Positions 13,185 through 26,520 are shown, numbered from the whole stretch's first letter. The stretch: 63,534 bases of DNA, filler included, from Octopus bimaculoides (GCF_001194135.2; 5 parts of 5 records of this genome joined end to end with filler, not necessarily neighbours in it), one strand, 5' to 3'. Numbers and translations: made by a program. The notes: generated by a model not told the origin, from the letters alone.

Positions 13185-14474
13185 TTAGGTGGTCCGGAAA
13201 GTTCTGAGCGTTTTAAGCTAAATATCTCAAAGCTTTATTGAACACATCTGAAACATAACACAGTTAAAATTTTGGTGTTGCTTGAAGTGGTAGTGCATCT
13301 CTTCTTTGTTACTGACTAAAACTAGATTTAGCTTTCATTCTGGTTACCCTTTATTGACATTTGAAATGAATACCCCAAAATTTCATATTCGCGTTGTAAA
13401 GCTTTTCTTTTTAAAAACGGAGAAAATTCTGCAAAGACTTGCAACATTCTTTGTGAAGTTCATGGTAATTATGCTGTAGGTGAATCAACTGTTTCAAGGT
13501 GGTTTGCAAAATTTAAAGTTGAAGAGGTTAGCTTGGAAGATGACAGTCACAGTGGAAGACCTTCAAGATTGGACGAAGATGCTTTGGAGGCAAAAATCGA
13601 AGAAAACGCAAATGTCACAACTAGAGAACTTGCAAAGGAGTTGGAAATTTCTAAAAGTACGGCCCATGAACACTTAATGAAGCTAGGATACATTTCTCGA
13701 TATAATGTATGGGTCCCTCACAAACTCGCAGAAAAAATTGCTTGGACCCGTTTGTGATATGCTTTTGAAACGGAATGAAAGCAAGCATTTTTTGAAACAG
13801 CTTGTGACTGGAGATGAAATACGGCTTGTGCGCGAAAACGTAATGCGAAAAAGATCTTGGGGTTTGCGTAAGGATCCTCCAAAACAGCAACCAAAGACGA
13901 ATATTCATGCCAAAGAGGTATGTTTGTATTTGGTGTGATCATAAAGGCATTATTTATTATGAACTCCCACAAAACCAGACCATTAATTCTGATGTGTGTT
14001 GTCGGCAGGTGGATAATTTGAACCCAAAAAATCAAAACTCATTAAGGCCGGAGATTGCCAAGAGGATAGGGGTAGTGTTCAAAGACAATGCCCGACTACA
14101 TGTGTATTTGGCTACCAGAACAAAGTTACATGGACTTGGCTGGGATCTTTTACCTCATCCACCATATTCTCCTGATATTTCGCCATCCGACTACCACCTG
14201 TTTTTGTCTCAACAGAACTCTTTGCAAGGAAAAACATTTAACGATTTAGATGGAGTCAAAATGCATCCAGATAAATGTTTTTCTTCATAACCAGTCAAAT
14301 TTTATGCTGATAGAATGTTTAAATTGCCTGATAGATGGGCAAAAGTCATTAATAATAATGGAAATTATTTCATGGAATGAAATTTATTGAAAGGTCAATT
14401 ATTTATATCCTTTTTTGTCAATTATTTATATCTCTTTTTGCATATTGAAACTCAGAACTCTCCGGACAACATAA
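13185..14474 (+). mobile_element. Near full-length (about 1.29 kb) mariner element
   Basis: TIRs TTAGGTGGTCCGGAAAAGTTCTGAG and CTCAGAACTCTCCGGACAACATAA-TA; the length is typical of mariners. Confidence 0.92.
13366..14380 (+). pseudogene. Mariner D,D34D-type transposase, frameshifted
   Basis: ATG at 13366; motifs WFAKFK, SGRPS, WVPHKL, LVTGDE, DNARLH, HPPYSPDISPSDYHLF spread over several frames. Confidence 0.92.
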
Positions 14475-16624
14475 TATATATACGCAAATGACGAACGGTG
14501 AAAGTAAGTGCTTAACACAGCATTGGTGGATATAATTGCCTTACTTCACACCACACGCCCGCACGCACATACGCACAGACACACACAGACACATACACAC
14601 ACGCACACACACAAACACACACGCACACATACGCACACATGTAAACTTTAGGTTAGTTAAAACATGCTTGTAACATATTTCAACTGCTAAAAGGCAAAAT
14701 CGCAGCAGTTACTGTGAAGAAGAATTCTCTCTTATGGTAAAAAGGTGTAAAAAAACCATATCTGCTAATCTATCGGATTCCCAGACATCTATGCTTCTAG
14801 TTTTTTAGCCGTATCAATGGGAAATACCTAAGAGAGACAACTCTAGAGAGACCTTATCAAAGCCAAGGCTTTAGCTATAATGCAGTCAACAACGTTGGCT
14901 GCATTATATTACTGTATTTTCTGTGTATTATATTTTAGTTCTGAAGAGAGAGGAAACCTGTAGATTTGCTGTTCTACAGAACTGCTATTCTTGATATAGG
15001 GAATCGATAAAAGGAAATGGTATGTTCCCTGGCTTCCAAGCGATATTTTCTAGATACCTTTTATTCGGTATAAAGATACTCAACTCTCAGTCGCCCCAGT
15101 ACATTTAACAATATGCAGATACAATAGGGCAGGACCAATGGGTTATTGTCAACGGCCATCAATAATAGTAACTACACCATTGTTGTTTTGCATTACGTCA
15201 GCTCAGAACAAGCAGACCTATGACTAAAGAAGTGTTACCACATGCTGTGTTTTTGTATCTTTTGGACTACACTATCTGGTGTATCCTTTCATTTTTAAAA
15301 TAGCAGAGGTGTGATTTTTAAGGGGAATTTTGCTTTTATTTTCAGTGGCTCGAGTAATCATATACACTTAGCTCAGAGTAGCGCACCAAAAATGTGTCCT
15401 GTGATTCTATTAGCTTGTAGGAATTAATTCAGCTTCGTCTGTGGTCATTGCTATGAGAGTGAAGCACTACAGGCAAACTTATTCTAGGTATTTTTCAGAG
15501 AGTGGAGACCTTCAGTTGTGTTTGTTGACTCGGTCAACATCTTGTATGGAAATGTATATTGTTTCATTCATTTTTAACTGGTTTCAAATATTGAGCTTAG
15601 GCTACGCTGGGACACTGTCTTCAAGTGCTTTAACAGATTATTATTCGATGGAACCAAAAGTACTTTGCTCGTTATTTACTTTATTTATTTCGGCGGATAA
15701 CGAAAGACACAATCAACTGGCTGTAACAAGAAACAGCAAAGTCAGGTTAAATTACAACAAGGTATCTTCGTCCCGTGCTGTGTTTTGCCATCTTACATCT
15801 GACTGGTACTTATGGTGTGTGTGTGTTAGAAAATTACAAGAATGTAAACACACTCCTATGTGTGTTTACAACGAAAAATATGTAAGCAGACTTGCAATGA
15901 ATCGTTTCATGGTTTGTGGACTGCTTAATTTATTTCAGTCTCAAAGGTATTAAGTGATTGTAAATTTGTGAGCAGCTTTGATCCAAATCATCGTGTTGCA
16001 GTTTTAGCTTTGGTCTTTTGTCTTCTTATCTTCAACCAATCCTATGACCGATCCATGCTATAATAGGAGTCAATATAACTGAGAGTCCAGAATATTTCAT
16101 TTTGATATTTAAAAGGATCTATCTTGCAGCGATCATCCCCATTTAGCCAAACATTAAGTAGATGGGCATTAACTCTACAGCCATTGCAGTTATGTTTGCC
16201 ATTTGCTGCTATAAAACACATAGCAAGCAACTGGCTGAGTTTATAGACTTGGGTACCAACACTTCTTCGGGGTCTTGATTAAATCCCTTTACACTCAAAC
16301 ATCCCTGTTCATCTTGGTGTAAATAAGTACGTTGTAAACAGCTCACGAATAAAAGAGTCCCACGACTTCATAAGTGACTGGCAGAGATATATAATTGGCA
16401 AGAGGCATGCCAGATAATCAAGAACAATAAAGAGAAAGCCAAGAAGTTTCCGATGTAGATAAAAATGATCAATTTATTCTTTCAAAAGTAAGACGACCTC
16501 TATGGCTGAGAGATAGAGAGAGCATTACGAGCAAAGTTTTGTAAAGGCACGCTATATATATCAGTATACGTGTAGTTAAAATATTCAATAAAACACAGTT
16601 CAATACATGGCACAACAGTAATCT

Positions 16625-16755
16625 TTTCTACTCTGGGCACAAGGCCCGTAATTATGGGAAAGGGTGCCAGTCGATTAGGTCGACCTCAGTACGCAACTGG
16701 TACTTAAATTTATCGCCCCCGAAAGGATGAAAGGCAAAATCGACCTCGGCGGAAA
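16625..16755 (-). mobile_element. SINE family B, 5'-truncated
   Basis: GGCACAAGGCCC...GAAAGGATGAAAGGCAAAATCGACCTCGGCGGAA matches the other copies. Confidence 0.85.
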
Positions 16756-16924
16756 AATACAACAGTAACGAGAAAGAAATGAGAAAATAATATAAAGTTA
16801 AATACGATTCATCTTCGGAATATGAAACAGTTAATATGAATGCAAACGGTTAGAATAGTGCCAGAGCTCTGTGTGCACAGAAACATTTTAAACAATAATT
16901 TAACATAACCGTGTGTATACGTGT

Positions 16925-16927
16925 ATG

Positions 16928-16983
<56 letters not shown>

Positions 16984-16995
16984 TGTGTCTGCGTG
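16925..16995. repeat. (TG)n microsatellite
   Basis: Read directly. Confidence 0.97.
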
Positions 16996-17694
16996 TGTAT
17001 GTGGTGTTTGTATGCTTGTGTGTTTCTATACACGGTTATGTGTGTGCGTGAAGGCGTTCTTTTTAGTTACAAACTGTGTGTAGAGAGAGAACGTTATAAT
17101 GATAATATATATGCGACATTGCGTATGGGTATGCGTAATTACATGTGTGTACGTCAGATTGTATATGAAGACCCAAGATATTGCGTGGATTAATTAAACA
17201 AAGCCAAATCTTTCACTGAACTTGAAAATTAATACGAAAATTAGTAGCTTATTTTAAAGCAGGCAGACGACTGGTAAAACGCACGGATGCACATCAGTGC
17301 CACTCATCGATTGGTTAAAATTAGAGTCGAAACCGGTATTTAACTTGTGCGGGATCAAAAGAGGAAGAATATCCCAAGAGACGTGGTAATGGTGTGAAAT
17401 GAAGTTGCGTAGATGGTGGGAAAATACATAATGAAGTGATGGTGTGATGGCGTGATCTGAGACTGTATACATGACATATAAGATCGCATCAATGGAGGTG
17501 TAGTGAGGCTTTCTTCTTGAATCGTACCATCTCGCTTGAATTTTCAGTTTAGAACAACGGCCTAATTATATTTCTTTAAAAGGTATGACAGGTTCTGTAA
17601 ACTTAATTATATCGCCACAAAAAAAAACAAAACAAAAACAAGAGCAAAAAACATAGATGCCTATGTATTGCATAGCATGTAAATAATAAGAACC

Positions 17695-18825
17695 TAGTAA
17701 AATTGCATGACTTTATCAAATTGCATTTCCGAAGGTTCTAGAAGTTTTGTTTTAGTTTATAAAAAGTTAGAGTACTGAACCCCAAAATGGAATCACATCT
17801 TGAAACTCTATCACTCAATTCCATAAGTCTACTTACTTTCTTCTGCTTGTTCTGAACAACACACTTTATATATTGCGTTCGTCAAAAGAGAATCAACTTT
17901 GGATTGTTTTGCCGACATACCTATCTGTATACATTTAAATATCTTTCCAGATAATTACTTGCTTTCGTCAGTTGATAATAACTATGCACAATTATCACAT
18001 AACAGTACTAACCAGAGCACTATATCTATTTCATGCTGTGTAAACTTTTACATACTACATGCACGATAACACGCATGCTTTTGAATACAACCAATACATT
18101 GTAAATATATAAATATGATTGCTTGAAATAATAAATATATGGACATATAAAACATTAACTACTGGGTAATTCATGTTTTAGAGGGCAGCTTTTTACACCT
18201 GCCTCTCACTGCTGCCTAAATACCACGACCAACCAAACGGAAACAAGCTGTGCACTAGGTAACTTTTAAACAATATTTTTGAGTACCAATATTCATTAAG
18301 ACTGTTCGTCTTAATCTATTCACAAGTTACGAGAAGAACATTATTGAATTACCCAACAATTAATGTTTCGGATTTCCATATATTAATTATTTCAACAGTA
18401 GTATTTACATATGTACATTGAATTAATTATATGAAAAAACATATGCCTTCTTGTGTCTGCAATATTTAGAATTTTATACTATGCTCAAGTCAAAAATAAT
18501 GTTCTAGTTAATAATGTTATGTGATAATTGTGCAAAGATTATAGACAGAATAAAGCCAGAGGTTATAAAGAAAGATATTTGTATGTATATGCCTGCAAGG
18601 TAATCCAAGATTGATATCGCTGAACATTATGTACAAAGCATATTGAGCAAAACAAGTAGAAGAAAGTGAGAAAAAGCTTCAGATGGAATTCAGCGACAAA
18701 GTCCCGAGCAGTGCCTGAGGTGATTTTCTTTTGGGGTTCAACTTTCCAACTTTTTACAACCTTGAGCAAAGTTTCTAGAACCTTTGGAAATACAATTTGA
18801 TGGAAAATTCATACAACTTTACTGT
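17695..18825. repeat. Long diverged inverted repeat (fold-back), arms about 480 bp, spacer about 160 bp
   Basis: 17695-18178 aligns collinearly with the reverse complement of 18336-18825 (shared blocks include TTTCC[G/A]AAGGTTCTAGAA, TGAACCCCAAAA, TGCACAATTATCACATAACA, TGGGTAATTCA). Confidence 0.8.
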
Positions 18826-19069
18826 AATTGTTACGTGGTCACGCGACCTGTAAAATACATTCATATGCTTCCCAGCTCACACATCGTCAAATCCCCCTCA
18901 AATTACATCTCGCCATCTTTGAGAAAGACTCATTGAATAATATTGATTTGGATTACGTGTGTTTTGCAAAGATACGTGATAGTAACGACCGAAATTTATA
19001 CGGTTTCCTTGATTAAAGCACTCCTTTAGGCTGAACAAAATCAACCGAGATCATTTATGATCATAATCT

Positions 19070-19290
19070 GGTGTCGAGCTGGCTGGCAGAATCGTTAGCG
19101 CGCTGGACAAAATGCTTAGCGGCATTTCATCCGTCTTTACGTTTTGAGTTGAAATAAAACCGAGGTCGACTTTGTCTTTCATACTTTCGGGGTCGATAAA
19201 TTAAGTACCAGTGAAACACTGGGGTCGATGTAATCAACCGGTCCCCTCCCCTCAAATTTCAGGCTTTGAGCCTTTAGTAGAAAGGATTAT
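19070..19290 (+). mobile_element. SINE family B, near full length
   Basis: A-box-like TGGCAGAATCGTT, B-box-like GAGTTGAAAT, conserved body, GGATTAT tail. Confidence 0.9.
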
Positions 19291-19721
19291 ATAAAGAGGC
19301 TCAACTGTAGCTTAAATTGTCGATATTAATTTAACTAAAGAAACATGATCTAGTTGTTAGGGTATTCAGCTCAGGATTATAAGACTGTGAATTCAATATC
19401 ACGACCAGACGGTGAGTAGAATACTTGAGCAAAATACAATGACGCATGTTATTCCAGTCTGATCAGCTATAATGAGTACTTGTCTGGTGCTGGTAGAGCC
19501 CACTCTTCTTTTAGCTGTTACATAGGCGATATTCTGCTGGGTCACGAATCTGTGGTCCGAGATGTTTGTATTTGCTCATAACTACATAGGCATCTAAAAC
19601 AATTAGCGAAAGCATGATACATGTTACCAAGCCATACTTGCTTGCGAGTGATGGTTGGCTCTACTAATCTTAGGTATGGTTGAAAATATTTGCTTAAAAA
19701 AAGTTAGTCAACTGGTAGGAT

Positions 19722-19920
19722 CGTTAGTACACGCCCAGCAAAATGCCTAGCGACATTTCGCCCGTCTTTACGGCCTGAGTTCAAATGTCGTCAAGGTCAA
19801 CTTTGACTTTCATACTTTTGGGGGTCAATATTATAATTACCAGTCGAGTACTGGGATCGATCTAATCGACTTAGTCCCTACCTCGAAATGGCTGGATTTG
19901 TGCCAACATTAGAAGTCAAT
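19722..19920 (+). mobile_element. SINE family B
   Basis: Same head and body as 19070-19290. Confidence 0.85.
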
Positions 19921-20544
19921 AATATTTGCTAGAAATACAGCGGGTGTACCTTGTCTAGAAATACTCTTAGTTCATTTGAATTCATAGCTCATACTTCTTT
20001 ATGTAATCAACCATTTTCAAATTCCGCATCTTAACATTTAGCCTAAAAGCTATGACAAAGGAGACTTCTAGTCAACAGGGTAGAGTATTGAGTACTGTAA
20101 TTAAAAATAGTTATACTTATTTCTGGTTAGAATTACACAATCTTTGGACTGATTTGATCGTAAATGGCCATAAGTAAAGCTATTGATTATCGTCTTTATT
20201 ATTGCGTTATACTACATTTGTAATTAGCTCATAGCATTCATCTGTGAAATAAAGGAGAAAATAAATAATTGAAAATAATTCTTTTTCTCTTCATCTGAAT
20301 TCGATTTTCTATATTGAATCAGTAGCAAACATAATAATTTCTCCCGAATTATTGTGTTCATTTGTAGTTCAAGAAATCTATAGATACATATATTTATTTA
20401 CCTATCTGATAATAATGGCTAAGTATTCTGTTGGCCTTAGAAGAGATGAGTCTATAAGTTGAAATGCTGAAGATTTACATAAACTCTTAAATATTTGAAC
20501 TCGTCTACACTGCAAAGTAGCCGTAAATGAAATATAATGTGGTT

Positions 20545-20990
20545 TACATCTAATGTCGATCTCACCCCCAATGTTCGTTCCATACTCCATGTTCACCCCA
20601 CTCTCAACGTTCAGATTACTCCATATTCATCTCCCAGTCTGTGTTCATCTTCTATTCCATGTTGATCTTACACGTCATGCTCGTTTCATCCTCCATGTTC
20701 AGATCAAGCTTAGGTTCATTTCACGCTGCATGTTCATCCAACAGTCCCTGTTTATTCCATACTCCACCTTCACTTCACTTTCAGATCCCACACTGTATTT
20801 CCATCTTCCATTCCACGTTAATACCCACCACTCCATGCGAATATCAGGCTCTACGTTCATTTCCCACAGCATGTTTATACCACTCTCCATGTTCATCATA
20901 TCTTCTATGTTCACCCCACGCTTCATGTTCAGATCAGGCTTCATCGTCATCTCAAGCTCTATGTTCAACTCTCATTTTATGCTTTTCACT
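20545..20990. repeat. Degenerate 18-bp minisatellite, about 25 units, core CATGTTCA
   Basis: Units such as CATGTTCACCCCACTCTC, CATGTTCAGATCAGGCTT and TATGTTCAACTCTCATTT at 18-nt spacing, with a few indels. Confidence 0.85.
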
Positions 20991-21629
20991 TAATGTCTCT
21001 CATCCGCCTGTTTAATAGACATTTAATTAAAGGCACTCCAGTCGTTTTTGATTGTGTTTTTTTTTCTACATAGTGTAAATACAGAAACATATTATTGAAT
21101 TTCTGTTTAACGGAGAGTAGAGAGTGATTTGACTGTTATTTCTAGTAGATTAGGCAATTACGAAGATATTACCTCAGTTGCTCAGTTCCAAACTCTGAAG
21201 AAAAGAGGAGTGAACATATATTGAGGCTCACCTGTACACTCACTCTCACACGCATATACACACACTCATTCCCAAACACAGAAACACACAGCTAGTATGT
21301 GCGAGGAGCCGTACTAAAGTCAAATATAGCGATGTTCTAAGAATGAAACAGAATTGATTGAAATTCTACCCTTTAAGGTATAATGATAGATATATTACAT
21401 TTATAATAAATGCATAAATAAGATAAGCAGAGGATCTCATCAGCTAGAACGCTCACCACCCCTAGGGAGAACATGAAAGAAAGAAAGATATAGAAAGAGA
21501 GAAACGAAATAGAATCGCAATAAGTTACTTTGAAGAAGCAGTAATAAATATCTTGAGTTAAAATTACTTTCATACATGTATGATGTGCACACATGAATTG
21601 ATTCGTACATGCTCGCACTTGTGCTTATG

Positions 21630-21652
21630 GGTGTGTGTGTGTGTGTATATAC

Positions 21653-21715
<63 letters not shown>

Positions 21716-21732
21716 AACACACATATATATAT
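21630..21732. repeat. (TG)n/(TACA)n/(TA)n microsatellite
   Basis: Read directly. Confidence 0.95.
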
Positions 21733-22697
21733 ACGTGAGGATAAAGAATAGTTGGAGAAGTACGTGTGGTTAGTACTGTTGTGATTGCAAGGGTGGATTA
21801 GGTTTCCATTTATATTATGAATATCAATTAAAGAAGAGAACAAATCTTGGAATTCGGTTTAGTTATATAAGTAAGCTTCTATATATCAAAACCGAAACTT
21901 CGACATACTTTCGACTCTTACTCGCAGTGAATTCACACAACCTGCAGTATTGTGGTTCAATAAAAAGCATGAAGGTCATAACATCCGATTTCTTCGCACT
22001 GATAAGAATAAGTCCTTTGCCATTGTAAGATAGTTTGATGCTCAGGCCTTCAAAATAGCCATTATGGGCAGGGCTAATAGACCTTCTTCTTAACTACCAT
22101 TACATGAGTGAGACTCTCGGTGACATGCAAACAGTAAAAACTCGTAGTTAAGTTTCCTTCTAATTATACTCTGCTGTGTTAGGCATTTGGATACTGTCTC
22201 TTGGAAATAAAAACAGACAGCTTGCTGAAGGCAAGAAAGCTCTTAAATATGGCTTTGCGGGTGGGGCACAAGGAATAATATCTACTGTGTTTTTGGCTTT
22301 GATGAAAAGATATTTTAAACAAAAGTTAACTTAGCGAAGCAAATGATCTCCTCTAAATGTATTAAAAACATTATAACATATTCAGAACGCTATTTCAGAA
22401 AAACTATCGCCGTTCTCTTTGAGCATACAAAAGACAAAAACTCAACTAAATCTAAAAGTTCAACATAAAATATTCTCAAAAAACCTTTCCACGTTCTGGT
22501 GGAGTAGTTTTCTTCCTGATATATTTCCACATCATATTGTTAAAAAGAACAAATTATTGAATTTAGTCAGTACTCGTTTTACCCCTTTCTCTAGATATCA
22601 CATTTTGAAAATTATCAGATTAGACATTTGTATGAGAAAAAAAATTGACTTGGAATCCATTAGAGAAAAGAATTTTGATTGATAAACACCAAAAATT

Positions 22698-23105
22698 ATG
22701 GAGTGGCTGTGTGGCAAGTAGCTCGCTTACCAACCGCATATGGTTCCGGGTTCAGTCCCACTGCGTGGCACCTTGGGCAAGTGTCTTTTACTATAGCCTC
22801 GGGCCGACCAAAGCCATGTGAGTGGATTTGGTAGATGAAAACCGAAAGAAGCCCGTAGTATATATGTATTTGTATATATATATATGTTTGTGTGTCTGTG
22901 TTTGTCCCCCCCCCAACATCGCTTGTCAACCGATGCTGGTGTGTTTAAGTCCCCGTAACTTAGCGGTTCGGCAAAAGAGACCGATAGAATAAGTACTAGG
23001 CTTACAAAGAATAAGTCCTGGGGTCGATTAGCTCGACTAAAAAGGCGGTGCTCCAGCATGGTCGAAGTCAAATGACTGAAACAAGTAAAACAGTAAAACA
23101 GATAT
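22698..23105 (+). mobile_element. Full-length tRNA-derived SINE family A (CORE-like motif, internal microsatellite)
   Basis: A-box TGGCTGTGTGG, B-box GGTTCAGTCCC, CCTTGGGCAAGT motif, internal (TA)/(TG) tract, short-repeat tail. Confidence 0.9.
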
Positions 23106-23760
23106 TTTAGTGGCAACTTCAATTACAATTGGGTCAAATTTGAGGAAAAACCCCTTGAAAAAATGCACCTCTCACCTAACTCTGTTTCAAACTCTCAACT
23201 TTAACAACAGATATGCCGACCAAATTTTACTCCCAAAGACGAGGCAACAAGACAAGATGATGATGCAATAATGCAATATAATAATTTCAAGCAAGTACAA
23301 AAACAGAAGTTCAGAAATTACTCATTTTGCATCGCCCATCCATTTTACCTTATGCGTCTGCTCGATAAAAGCTGACTTGTGGGCTAAATGATAACACTAA
23401 TACCAACAGCAGCAGCAACAACAATAACAAAATTATAACAGAAAACTTGGGCGCCTTTAGCGGAGTTCACTCTATTGCAAGCTATTGAGTCATACCCATA
23501 TTTCCTTCCGCCAACCATGTTAATTTTAGTGATGTTCATGCGGGACAAGAACCGCATCAATCCCATCAATTTTTGAAGGTCTACAATGGTCATAGATGCT
23601 ATTTCCCCTTCTCTTATTTAAGTATAAAGGATAGGGAAAAATGAATTGACTTCAAACAAGNNNNNNNNNNNNNNNNNNNNNNNNNNNNNNNNNNNNNNNN
23701 NNNNTTAATTAATTAANNNNNNNNNNNNNNNNNNNNNNNNNNNNNNNNNNNNNNNNNNNN

Positions 23761-23902
23761 ATATATATATATACAAATATATATGTATATATAGATATAT
23801 ATATATATAGATATATATATATATACAAATATATATGTATATATAGATATATATATATATAGATATATATATATATATACAAATATATATGTATATATAC
23901 AT

Positions 23903-23935
<33 letters not shown>
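23761..23935. repeat. TA-rich higher-order microsatellite next to an assembly gap
   Basis: Recurring ATACAAATATATATGTATATATAGAT blocks. Confidence 0.85.
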
Positions 23936-23941
<6 letters not shown>

Positions 23942-24653
23942 GATGCAAACACACGTGTATGCATGTATACATACCTACACACATATCCTTGTGTGTGTAT
24001 TTATGCATAAACGCACACGCATACATGTGCGTGTAATCTTTTAATACGAGTGTATACGACTATTGACAACGGTTTCTTCTCTTACCCCAGTTAATACATA
24101 CACAAACCTCACCCTCCTTCATTTGTATGAGATACTATCACTTCACTTCCGGTTCCATGATACCTCGCCAGACTGGGCCTTACAACAGTAGTCTGTTACT
24201 TCTGGTCCTACCCCAATAAACGCTCAAACGGCTTCATTCAATTTAATCGCTGGCTCATTAACCAGCTTTGAAGATTAATCATTAATTCATTTATACACAC
24301 ATAATATACACGCATGGTAACTGTTATCTTACTACTCTCCGGTCGCCCAGCTACTGACTTCCGGTCAACACGTGTTAGAGCAGGAAGTTGATGGTAATAT
24401 TCATATCATGTTAGATTTTATTACTGTCCTCTATTTGTTTGGTAAGTACTTACAACACGCCGCTCAAAATTCCTGGTATTCGGCCTATATTTTACACAAA
24501 AACGGCCATTGTTCTTGCTACGATAGTCTTGACTCAAGCTGTGGTCTTGTCTTGTTTTTTGTGTTGCAGAACTGTTTACGTGATTTTTTTTCGTGATATT
24601 TTTACATCTTTGCAAATTTGAATATATTTAATCTTTTCATGGAACACCGATAC

Positions 24654-24696
<43 letters not shown>

Positions 24697-24953
24697 GCTT
24701 GGGAGGTTAAGCAGTTTATGGTCGCTGAAAAAGGTGGTAGAAGTACCAATAATTGTCGGAGCCCTGGGAACAGTGAGTAAAAAATCTTGAGAAGTAGATA
24801 GAACAATTAGGGGCTGCAATAAGGGTGGAGCACTTGCAGAAAACAGCTTGAATATTCTGCATGGTGCTCGAAAAATAAGAGGTGTTAACCTTAGTTCACT
24901 GGTAGTGAACAGCTGACACCGTAATGCATCTCCAGCGTTAGAAGCTGTGCAAA

Positions 24954-24954
<1 letters not shown>
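24697..24954 (+). mobile_element. Dong/R4-like non-LTR retrotransposon 3' end inside (AAT)n
   Basis: Translation AWEVKQ(L)WSLKKVVEVPIIVGALGTVSK...IRVEHLQKTA resembles the C-terminus of restriction-like endonuclease LINEs; (AAT)n on both sides. Confidence 0.75.
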
Positions 24955-24989
<35 letters not shown>

Positions 24990-25745
24990 CCTTTCAACTA
25001 AAGGCACAAGGCCTGAAATTCTCTGGGAGGGGATTAGTCGATTACATCGACTCCAGTATTTCACTGGTATTTAATTTATCGACCTCGAAAGGATGAAAGG
25101 CAAAGTCGACCTCGGCGGAATTTGAACTCGGAACGTAAAGACGGAGGAAATATCGCTAAGCATTTCGCCCGGCGTGCTAAGGATTCTGTCAGCTAGTCGC
25201 CTTAATAATAATAATGATAATCTTTTCTAATCTAGGCACAAGACCCAAAATTTTGGGGAGGGGCTAGTCGATTAGATCGCCCCCAGTATGCGAATGGTAC
25301 TTAATTTATCGACCCCGAAAGGATAAAAGGGAAAGTCGACCTCAGCGGAATTTGAATTCAGAACATAAAAACAGACGAATTAATAATAATAAGAATATTA
25401 ATAATAATGATTTACAAATGTTGGCACAACGCCACCAATTTCAGGGGGGGGGGGGNNNNNNNNNNATTTCAGGGGGGGGGGGGGTAAATCGATTACATTG
25501 ATCTCAGTACTCGTTGTGTACTTATTTTATCGACCCCAAAAGGATTTTCACCGGCGTGCTAACGATCTGTCAGCCCTCCCTCTTTCTCTCTCTCACGCAA
25601 AATAATAATTCTTTCTCAGTTTTGATTCATGGCCAGCAATTTTGAGGTGGGAGATTAATTATATCGCACTCAGTATTCAACTGGTACTTATTTTATCGAC
25701 CTCAAAAAAATGAAAGGCTATGTCGACCTCGACGAGATGTGAGTT
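24990..25745 (-). mobile_element. Array of four head-to-tail SINE family B copies separated by AAT tracts
   Basis: Copies at about 24990-25203, 25222-25380, 25420-25572 and 25610-25745, all in the same orientation. Confidence 0.85.
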
Positions 25746-26224
25746 GTTAGCCAGAACAAATACCACAACAACACGAAATGATGGGAAGACCCAATATAAG
25801 AATTATATCGACCAAACAACCGAAAACTAGGATGCAATTAACACTACATAAGCATGAAGTAAAGAGCAGATTACAACTAGCTCAATCTTTACAGGAAAGC
25901 AGAATGAGACGACAAGGCGCAGCTGTACGGGCGTCCACTGACTGGACATTCAACCGATTTTGGTGACTGTACTTTTTGCCTCAAGAAAATACACACACAC
26001 ATACACGCGTGTGCTTGCTCAGAATTGTACACGTAGTGGTAGAAAAAGGGAAACAGGAATCAAGAAAGAGAGATATTGCTGTTTATTAACTGAACACGAT
26101 TGACATAAACAATTTCCTCTCCTGGTTCACTTGAACAGAAATATACTCACATAAACAGGCACGCAAACATACAGACAGAGAAAGAAAGAAAGAGAGAGAA
26201 ACCGACAGAGAGAGACTAAACCGT

Positions 26225-26315
26225 CTGATAAGCCAACGTTAAATCAGCGATGCTAAATAGGCAGCGTCAAATAGGTAGCGCCAAATGGGAAGCGCCAAAA
26301 CGGCTGTGTCATACT
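26225..26315. repeat. Short tandem array of about 15-bp units (xAGCGCCAAAxxGG)
   Basis: GCTAAATAGGCAGCGTCAAATAGGTAGCGCCAAATGGGAAGCGCCAAAACGG; resembles subterminal repeats of MITEs. Confidence 0.5.
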
Positions 26316-26404
26316 CGTAGGAAAGGAAATATATTACTCTGACTTGCTGTCTATACTTTTTTGTCTGCTATGGGTATACTTTATGAATTTACTGAATTGG
26401 TCTT

Positions 26405-26520
26405 TTGGTAAGAGTACCATTAACGAAGAAAATGTTGAATCATGTGTTATTTGTAAATGAGTTTAAACTGTATGCAAGAATGTATAAATTACTCCAAGCA
26501 GGTTGCAGATTCAATAAAGA
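26405..26520 (+). pseudogene. Possible LINE RT fragment (YxDD region)
   Basis: LNHVLFVNEFKLYAR resembles the INHLLFMDDLKLYA segment of R4/RTE reverse transcriptases; very short. Confidence 0.3.

Noticed and set aside
17300-17345. GAGTCGAAACCGGTA, resembling the 3' half of a hammerhead
   Set aside because: No CUGANGA core upstream and no stem I.
20545-20990. CRISPR array or reflectin gene
   Set aside because: There are no constant repeats with unique spacers and no cas genes, in a eukaryotic context. The Met-rich periodicity is 6 with N-M-E, not the MD(X)5 spacing and Tyr/Arg/Trp composition of reflectins.
23705-23716. TTAATTAATTAA islands inside N runs (also near 38334, 58725 and 62321)
   Set aside because: An identical 12-mer with stops in all six frames, always embedded in Ns: a scaffolding spacer, not biology.
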